Of a DNA stretch of 64,000 nt, positions 58,094 to 64,000 are shown piece after piece. Made by a program: the position numbers and the translations under genes. Below the pieces are notes generated by a model. It did not search any database and was not told where the DNA came from. It saw only the letters and a program-made list of their open reading frames with translations. The DNA comes from Phycisphaerales bacterium (GTDB lineage Bacteria > Planctomycetota > Phycisphaerae > Phycisphaerales > SM1A02), in NCBI GenBank assembly GCA_044224425.1, contig JBGAKK010000020.1:1-64000 (forward strand), written 5' to 3'. Each line of letters opens with the position of its first letter. Position 1 is the stretch's first letter.

Positions 58094-61000
58094 TCAGGTC
58101 CCGACGGCTTCCTCGGCCCGGCGCAGCTTCCACTCCCCGCGCGGCGGGCGGCGCGGAGGCAGGTAGCCGCCGCGCACGCGGACCCCTTGGTTGCCGAGGA
58201 AGTGCCGCAACCGGCCCAACAATTGCCCGTCGGGCACCACCCGCAGGCGATCGGCGGAGAGCGTCACCCGCTGCTCGGCGAGATCGACGTGGATCGAGAC
58301 CGGCACCGGTCGCCCTTGCAGGCTGGCCACCGAGCCGGAGGCCTGCCGCAGCGTGCCGGCGAGCATCTTGAGGAGCGGCTCAAGCGGTTCGCCGTCCCGC
58401 GGGGCGAAGCCGTCGATGATGAGGTCGAGCCGCTGCGAGAGCCACTGCGAGGCGTGTTCGATGGGGATCACGCGGTCGACGATCACCGAGGGCTCGGCTC
58501 GGCTGCGATCGGCGAAGCCGACCAACAGCACGCACTTGTCCATCTGGAGCTGGTCGCCGAACTTGGCGAAGGTGTCGGCGAAGAGGACGCCGTCGGCGGT
58601 GCCCCGCCGATCGGTCAGGGTCATCATCGCCATCTTCTTGCCCTGCTTGGTGACCGTGGGCCGGATGCGGGAGACGAGACCGCCGATCACGACCGGCTGG
58701 TCGTGCGGGATCTCCTGCATGCCCACCGTGTCGGTCGAGCAGAAGGTGGTGATCGCTTCCCGCCATTGGTCAAGTGGATGTCCCGAGACGTGGAAGCCAA
58801 GGGCTTCCTTCTCGGCGGCGAGCGTGGCCATGCGATCCCAAGCCGGCACGCGGCGCAGGCTGGCCGGCTCCGACTTCTTGCCGCTCGACGGGGCGGCCGT
58901 GGCGAAGGCGTCGAAGAAGGTCTCCTGGCCGGCTGCGCGGTCCGCGGCCAGCGAGTGGCCAGCGCCGACCGCGGACTCGATGGACGCCAGCAGGCTGGCC
59001 CGGTCGTCGACCGCGTGCACGCTGTCGAAGACGCCGGCCTTCACCAGCGACTCGATCACGCTCTTGTTGACCGCCTTCAGGTCGACCCGCTCGCAGAAGT
59101 CGAAGAGGCTCTTGAACGGCCCGTGTCGCTTCCGCTCGGCGACGATGGCCTGGATGGCGGTCTGCCCCGCCCCCTTGATCGCCTTCAGCCCGAATCGGAC
59201 GTGCCCTTGGCAGTTGGTGCGGGCCTCGCCGGGCATGAAGACGACGCTGAAGTCCTCGTCGGAGAGGTTCAGGTCGGGTGGCTTCACCTCGACGCCGACA
59301 TGCGGCTTGGCCGGCGTCGAGTCGGGGAAGATGGTCCGCTTGCAGTCGTCGAGGTAGACCGCCCACTCCTCCACCTTGCGGGCCTGGCTCTCGTAGGAGA
59401 GGACCGCCGCCATGTATTGGTTCGGGAAGTAGGTCTTCAGGTAGGCCGTCTGGTACGCGATGATCGCGTAGCCGGTCGAGTGGCTCTTGTTGAAGCCGTA
59501 GCCGGCGAACTTCAGGATGAGGTCGAAGAGCTCGTTGGCTTTCGACGCGGCGACGCCTTGGGTGCCCGCCCCCTTCACGAAGTCGCCGCGGGCCCCGTTG
59601 ATGACGTCTTCCTTCTTCTTCGAGATGGCCTTGATGATCGAGTAGGCGGCCCGGAGCGGGATGCCGCCCAAGCCATGCAGCACCTGCATGACCTGCTCCT
59701 GGTACACCATGATCCCGTAGGTCTCCTTGGTGTAGCGGTCGACCACCTCGTGGACCTGCGGCACCGCCTGCTTGCCGTGCTTGCGGGCGTTGTAGTCGGG
59801 GATGAGGTCCATCGGCCCCGGCCGGTAGAGGGCGTTGGCGGCGATGAGGTCCTCGAGCCGGTCGGGCTGCATGTCGACGAGCAGCTTTCGCATGCCGCCC
59901 GATTCAAACTGGAAGATGCCGGCGCAGTCGCCGCGGCGGAAGAGGCCGAGGACCTTCTGGTCGTCGAGCGGGATGCGCTCGAGGTCGAGGGGATGGGCCA
60001 GCGCCGCGTCGGGAGCCTTGGGCTTCTCGCGGCCGACCGCCTTCCAGATCGCCTCTTCGGGCAGCGACTCGCGGATGAGCTTCTTGGCGAGTTCGATCGT
60101 GGAGAGCGTGCGCAGCCCGAGGAAGTCCATCTTGAGGAGGCCGACCTTCTCGCAGGTCGGGCCGTCCCACTGGGTGACGACTTCGTTCTCGCCACCCGAG
60201 GCCCGGCACAATGGCACGACCGTGTCGAGGGGCTGGGTGGCGACGATGACGCCCGCCGCGTGCACGCCTTGGTTGCGGGCGTGGTCCTCGAGGGCCGTGG
60301 CCGCATCGAGGACCTTGCGGATGAGCGGGTCGTCGGCGTGCAGCCGGGCCAGTTCGGGCTCCTTCTGCTTGGCCTCCTCGATCGTGATGTGGAGCTCGTT
60401 GGGGACGAGGTTCGCCAGCCGCTGCCCGTCGCTCGGGGCGAGGCCCATCACGCGGGCCACGTCCTTGATCGCCGCCTTGGCCTTGAGCCGGCCGAAGGTG
60501 ATGATCTGGGCCACGTGGCCGTACTTCTTGCGGACGTAGTCGATCACAGCGGCCCGGCCGTCCTGGCAGATGTCGACGTCGATATCGGGGTACTCGCTGC
60601 GGTCGGGATCGGTGAAGCGCTCGAAGAGAAGGCCGTACTGCTCGGGGCAGGCGTTGGAGAGGCCGAGCACGTAGCCGACCATGGTGCCGACGCCCGAACC
60701 ACGGGCGTTGGCCGGGATGCCCCGCTGGCGGGCCCAGTTCACGAAGTCCCAGACGATGAGGAAGTAGGCCGAGATCAGCTTGTCGGCGAGGATGGTGAGC
60801 TCGCGCTCGGCCCGGGCCCGGATCGCCGGGGTGATCCCTTGGGGGCCGTAGCGCCAGATGAGCCCGGCCTCCGCCAGGTCGCGGAGGGCCCGGTCGCAGG
60901 AGTCCTTGAGTTCCTTCTGCGACTCGGTGTCCTTGGTCGAATCGAAAGGCAAGAGCTCGAAGCGGGCGCAGTAGCGCTTGAACCACTCGGTGAGGTCGCC

Positions 61001-62026
61001 GTCCTTGGCCGCGTCGTAACGCGGCGGCTCGCCAGGATGGCGGACCTTCACCACCGGCGCGTAGTTGGACTTGGCGGCGAGATTGACGTCGCAACGCTTG
61101 GCGATGCGGGCCGCGTTCTCGACCGCTTCGGGCACGTCGGAGAAGAGGGCGGCCATCTCAGCGGGGCTCTTGACGTAGAGCTCCTCGCTGTACTTGAGCC
61201 GGTCCGGGGCATCCTTCGTCTTCTGCATGCTGATGCAGCAGAGCGTGTCGTGGGTGTCCCAGTCCTGGCGGCGGAGGAAGTGCGAGTCGTTGTCGCAGAC
61301 GAGCGGAAGCCCGAGCTCGCGGGCCAGCCGGACGAGATGCGGATTGATCTCCTCCTGCTCGGGCACGTGCCGCTGCAGCTCGACGTAGAAGCGGGGCTCG
61401 CCGCGTTCGTTGGGGCCGAAGTTCGCGGCGTGCCAGCGGGCCTCGTCGAGGGCCAGCTTCCAGTGGCGGTCGTCCTTGGTGCGGACGAAGTTGGTGAGGT
61501 GGAAGGCGATCGAACTGCCGAGGTGGCCGTTGATCGCGATGATCCCCTCGCGCCACGCAGCGAGCGTCGACTTGTCCATCCGCGGCCGGTAGTAGAAGCC
61601 GTTGATGAAGGAGTCGCTCGAGAGTTTGAGCAGGTGCTTCCAGCCGGCCAAGGTCTCGGCGAGGAGGACGAGGTGGAAGCCGCCGTCGGCGACGCCGGTG
61701 TAGGTGCGGTCGCGGCGATCGCCCTGCTTCCCGTCGCGGTCGGGGGCGACGTAGGCCTCGATGCCGAGGATCGGCTTCACGCCGGCCGCCTTGGCCTTGG
61801 TGAAGAACTCCATGGCCCCGAAGAGGTTGCCGTGGTCGGTGACGGCCACGGCGTCCATGCCCAGTTCCTTCACCTTGGCGAGGAGGGCGTCGACGCGGTT
61901 GCCGCCGTCGAGGAGCGAGTATTCGGTGTGCAGGTGGAGATGGGCGAAGGTCGGCGCGGCGGCCTCGGCGGGCGCGGCCGCGGGATCCTTCGTCGAACGC
62001 GTTGCGGGGGCGTTTCCGTCAGCCAT
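58094..62026 (-). CDS. dnaE: DNA polymerase III alpha subunit
   Basis: PHP domain (HLHLHTEYSLLDG). Polymerase core (..FESGGMRKLL.., ..GYGFNKSHSTGYA..). OB fold. 1310 aa. Confidence 0.95.
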   Translation of the reverse strand: MADGNAPATRSTKDPAAAPAEAAAPTFAHLHLHTEYSLLDGGNRVDALLAKVKELGMDAVAVTDHGNLFGAMEFFTKAKAAGVKPILGIEAYVAPDRDGKQGDRRDRTYTGVADGGFHLVLLAETLAGWKHLLKLSSDSFINGFYYRPRMDKSTLAAWREGIIAINGHLGSSIAFHLTNFVRTKDDRHWKLALDEARWHAANFGPNERGEPRFYVELQRHVPEQEEINPHLVRLARELGLPLVCDNDSHFLRRQDWDTHDTLCCISMQKTKDAPDRLKYSEELYVKSPAEMAALFSDVPEAVENAARIAKRCDVNLAAKSNYAPVVKVRHPGEPPRYDAAKDGDLTEWFKRYCARFELLPFDSTKDTESQKELKDSCDRALRDLAEAGLIWRYGPQGITPAIRARAERELTILADKLISAYFLIVWDFVNWARQRGIPANARGSGVGTMVGYVLGLSNACPEQYGLLFERFTDPDRSEYPDIDVDICQDGRAAVIDYVRKKYGHVAQIITFGRLKAKAAIKDVARVMGLAPSDGQRLANLVPNELHITIEEAKQKEPELARLHADDPLIRKVLDAATALEDHARNQGVHAAGVIVATQPLDTVVPLCRASGGENEVVTQWDGPTCEKVGLLKMDFLGLRTLSTIELAKKLIRESLPEEAIWKAVGREKPKAPDAALAHPLDLERIPLDDQKVLGLFRRGDCAGIFQFESGGMRKLLVDMQPDRLEDLIAANALYRPGPMDLIPDYNARKHGKQAVPQVHEVVDRYTKETYGIMVYQEQVMQVLHGLGGIPLRAAYSIIKAISKKKEDVINGARGDFVKGAGTQGVAASKANELFDLILKFAGYGFNKSHSTGYAIIAYQTAYLKTYFPNQYMAAVLSYESQARKVEEWAVYLDDCKRTIFPDSTPAKPHVGVEVKPPDLNLSDEDFSVVFMPGEARTNCQGHVRFGLKAIKGAGQTAIQAIVAERKRHGPFKSLFDFCERVDLKAVNKSVIESLVKAGVFDSVHAVDDRASLLASIESAVGAGHSLAADRAAGQETFFDAFATAAPSSGKKSEPASLRRVPAWDRMATLAAEKEALGFHVSGHPLDQWREAITTFCSTDTVGMQEIPHDQPVVIGGLVSRIRPTVTKQGKKMAMMTLTDRRGTADGVLFADTFAKFGDQLQMDKCVLLVGFADRSRAEPSVIVDRVIPIEHASQWLSQRLDLIIDGFAPRDGEPLEPLLKMLAGTLRQASGSVASLQGRPVPVSIHVDLAEQRVTLSADRLRVVPDGQLLGRLRHFLGNQGVRVRGGYLPPRRPPRGEWKLRRAEEAVGT

Positions 62027-62217
62027 CTGCCACCTCCTGTGGCCCCGATCCGGTCTCCCGAGGGGGCCGCTGTGGCCCGGGGGGAGCGCTCCGGATAGTA
62101 CCGGGCGATGCGGCCGGAAATCGCAACCGACAAGTTCCTATACTCGCTTCCGTGCAGGCCTTCCAGGTCAAGACCTATGCGACGCAAGCCGGCCACCACG
62201 CCGCCAACTGGTGGAGG

Positions 62218-62475
62218 ATGCGGACCGGCGCCACGCTCCTCGAGCGGATCGCCTGGCTCCTCCTCGTCCTCGTGGTGGCGATCCCGTTGGTCGGGCTCCT
62301 GAGCATCCTTCTCCTCGTCGCCCTGGCCGTGTTCCTGGCCGCCGCCCTCGTCGGCTACGTGCGTGCGGCGATCGGCCGGCTCTTGGGCTTCGGCGCCGGC
62401 GGGGACCGCCGCGGGCCGATCGGCACCGACGGCGAGGGCCGGGAAGGCGTCCGCGTCATCCGCCGGAGCCGCTAG
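62218..62475 (+). CDS. small hypothetical membrane protein
   Basis: MRTGATLLERIAWLLLVLVVAIPLVGLLSILLLVALAVFLAAALVGYV..: two TM helices, divergent from dnaE. Weak. Confidence 0.3.
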   Translation: MRTGATLLERIAWLLLVLVVAIPLVGLLSILLLVALAVFLAAALVGYVRAAIGRLLGFGAGGDRRGPIGTDGEGREGVRVIRRSR

Positions 62476-63358
62476 TCTCGCTCTCGACCGCCGCCAGCCA
62501 TCGCTCGCGGAGCTGCCGGGTCACCGGTCCGGGGGTGCCTTCGCCGATTCGGTTCGCTTCCACCCCGACCGCGGGGAGGACGCCCCACGACGAGTTGGTG
62601 AGGAAGAGCTCGTCGGCCCCGAGCACGTCCTCGATCGAGAGCATGCGTCGCTCCACCTCGATGCCCAGGTCGCCGGCCCAATCGATCATCGCCCCGCGGG
62701 TGATCCCCGGTAGGGCCGGAGCAGGCAAGGCCCCGGCCGGCTCCTCGCCGCGGACGTAGGGCGTGAGCAACCGGCCGTCCTTCACCAGGAACGCGTTCGA
62801 GACGCAGCCGCCGACCAGATGGTTGGTGACGCTGAACCAGAGAGCCTCGCTCGCCCCCATCGCCCCGGCTCGCTGGAGCGTGGCCAGGCGCGGCCAGTAC
62901 CAGAGCGTCTTGTGCCCGGCGCTCGGATCGAGCGGGTTGGCACGGGCGTCGGCGACGGCAAGCTGGACGCCGCGGGCGAAGAGTTCGTCGGGGTACGGCG
63001 TCGGCGGCTGGGCCACGATGAGGATCGTCGGGTCGTGGCGAGGCCGGGTGCCGTCGCGTTGCAGGAGGTTGAGGTCGCCGCCCGTCACGGTCAGCCGCAC
63101 GCGGGCCTCGGCGAGTTGGTTGCGGCCGACCGTGGCTTCGACCGCATCGGCCAGCGGTTCGGTCCGCAGCGTCTCGGTCAGGCGGAGGTCGCGTGCCGAG
63201 CGGGCCAGCCGCTCGAGGTGCTCCATCACGCGGAAGACCCGGCCGTTCCGGGCCAGCATCGTCTCGAAGAGGCCGACCCCATGCTGGAAGCCAGCGTCGA
63301 AGACCGAGATCCGGGCATCGTCCCGGGCCACCCATGCTCCGTTCAGCCAGACGTCCAT
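62456..63358 (-). CDS. class IV (branched-chain/D-amino-acid) aminotransferase fold; aminodeoxychorismate lyase-like
   Basis: Start MDVWLNGAWV... ..GLFETM.. and ..HKTLWYWPRLATLQ.. and ..ELFLTNSSWGVLPV.. blocks of the PabC/IlvE fold. Confidence 0.8.
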   Translation of the reverse strand: MDVWLNGAWVARDDARISVFDAGFQHGVGLFETMLARNGRVFRVMEHLERLARSARDLRLTETLRTEPLADAVEATVGRNQLAEARVRLTVTGGDLNLLQRDGTRPRHDPTILIVAQPPTPYPDELFARGVQLAVADARANPLDPSAGHKTLWYWPRLATLQRAGAMGASEALWFSVTNHLVGGCVSNAFLVKDGRLLTPYVRGEEPAGALPAPALPGITRGAMIDWAGDLGIEVERRMLSIEDVLGADELFLTNSSWGVLPAVGVEANRIGEGTPGPVTRQLRERWLAAVESETSGSGG

Positions 63359-63395
63359 CCTGCTCCCAACGGCGCAGCGTGCGCCCTGCATCCGC

Positions 63396-63764
63396 TCACG
63401 GCTCGAAGAAGCCGACGATGGCCATCCGAGCCGGGTCGGGATCGTAGCGGCAGCGGAGCCCCAGCCACGCCAAGCCCCCTCGCCGCAGGATGGCGACGTG
63501 GGAGGCGCTGCCATCGGGGACGGGGCCGCCGTCCCCGTCCCGGATCTCGACGGTGACCCCCTGCCAGTCGGTCAGCCGCGGACGGAGCGTGGCGACGAGG
63601 AGTTGGTCGGTGCCCGCCCACGAACCCCCGTGGCCGAGGTCCTCGACGAAGGCGGCGACGATGGCCCGCTGCTGCGTGGCGGCCTGCCGGGTGTAGACGG
63701 TCAGGGCCCAGGCCACGCCCAGGATGACAATCGGGAAGAGGAGTCGCCGAACCAGTGGTCGCAT
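63396..63764 (-). CDS. hypothetical membrane-anchored protein
   Basis: Start MRPLVRRLLFPIVILGVAWALTVYT (N-terminal TM anchor). Confidence 0.4.
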   Translation of the reverse strand: MRPLVRRLLFPIVILGVAWALTVYTRQAATQQRAIVAAFVEDLGHGGSWAGTDQLLVATLRPRLTDWQGVTVEIRDGDGGPVPDGSASHVAILRRGGLAWLGLRCRYDPDPARMAIVGFFEP

Positions 63765-63795
63765 GGAGTTTCCGCAGCCATTAGACTCGCTCCCC

Positions 63796-64000
63796 ATGTC
63801 TTCCGCGCCAAGCGGCTCCTCCGTCCCGGCCTCGATCGGCCCAGACGAGGTGATGGGGCCGCTCGATGCCGACCGGCTCTGCCCTCGCTGCCTGCACCAG
63901 CTCTCGGGCACCCCGGTCTACCGCGATCGGCGGCTCGACATGCTGCATGTCCGCTGCCCGGAGTGCGGCACGCACTCGCCGGTGACCGAGCACCCTCACG
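63796..64000 (+). CDS. 5' end of hypothetical zinc-ribbon protein (partial)
   Basis: ATG 63796; CPRC..CPEC motifs; runs off the window end. Confidence 0.3.
   Translation, partial: MSSAPSGSSVPASIGPDEVMGPLDADRLCPRCLHQLSGTPVYRDRRLDMLHVRCPECGTHSPVTEHPH

Overview
This is a 64-kb, roughly 70% GC window. The gene content looks Planctomycetota-like: TIGR02999-type ECF sigma factors paired with Ser/Thr kinase-WD40 proteins, many secreted proteins with C-terminal dockerin-like 'DLNGDG..DL..LLG.WG' repeats, and a PEP-CTERM protein. The ORF track contains many long spurious antisense ORFs because stop codons are rare at this GC, so every gene call below was made from recognisable protein features and local start and RBS context. 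Recognisable housekeeping genes are rpsA, trmB, panD, rsfS, rpsU, dnaE, a flotillin/SPFH gene, a methionine gamma-lyase-family enzyme, MFS transporters, a CPBP protease, a MacB/FtsX-type ABC permease and a class IV aminotransferase. Around them is accessory-type content:
1. A 250-bp near-perfect direct duplication of the rpsA 3' end brackets a 3-kb insert that carries a dockerin-repeat protein/PEP-CTERM protein operon, preceded by a (TGTGT)6-7 microsatellite.
2. A roughly 1-kb divergent intergenic region holds about 17 same-strand copies of the 11-mer TGGGACAGGCA at irregular spacing. I consider this the most unusual element in the window.
3. A minus-strand operon runs ECF sigma factor (with an apparent 1-nt frameshift), unknown protein, TPR-CHAT caspase-like protease, then S8 subtilisin carrying dockerin repeats.
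4. A sigma-kinase pair (ECF sigma, then Ser/Thr kinase with WD40 repeats) is translationally coupled.
5. Two tandem vanadium-haloperoxidase/PAP2-like genes each carry a lamin-tail domain and dockerin repeats; the second copy has two frameshifts.
6. Two tandem paralogous secreted proteins with Gly-rich tracts.
7. A 3.2-kb FG-GAP beta-propeller/Ig-like surface protein.
No integrase, transposase, CRISPR array, rRNA or convincing tRNA was found.
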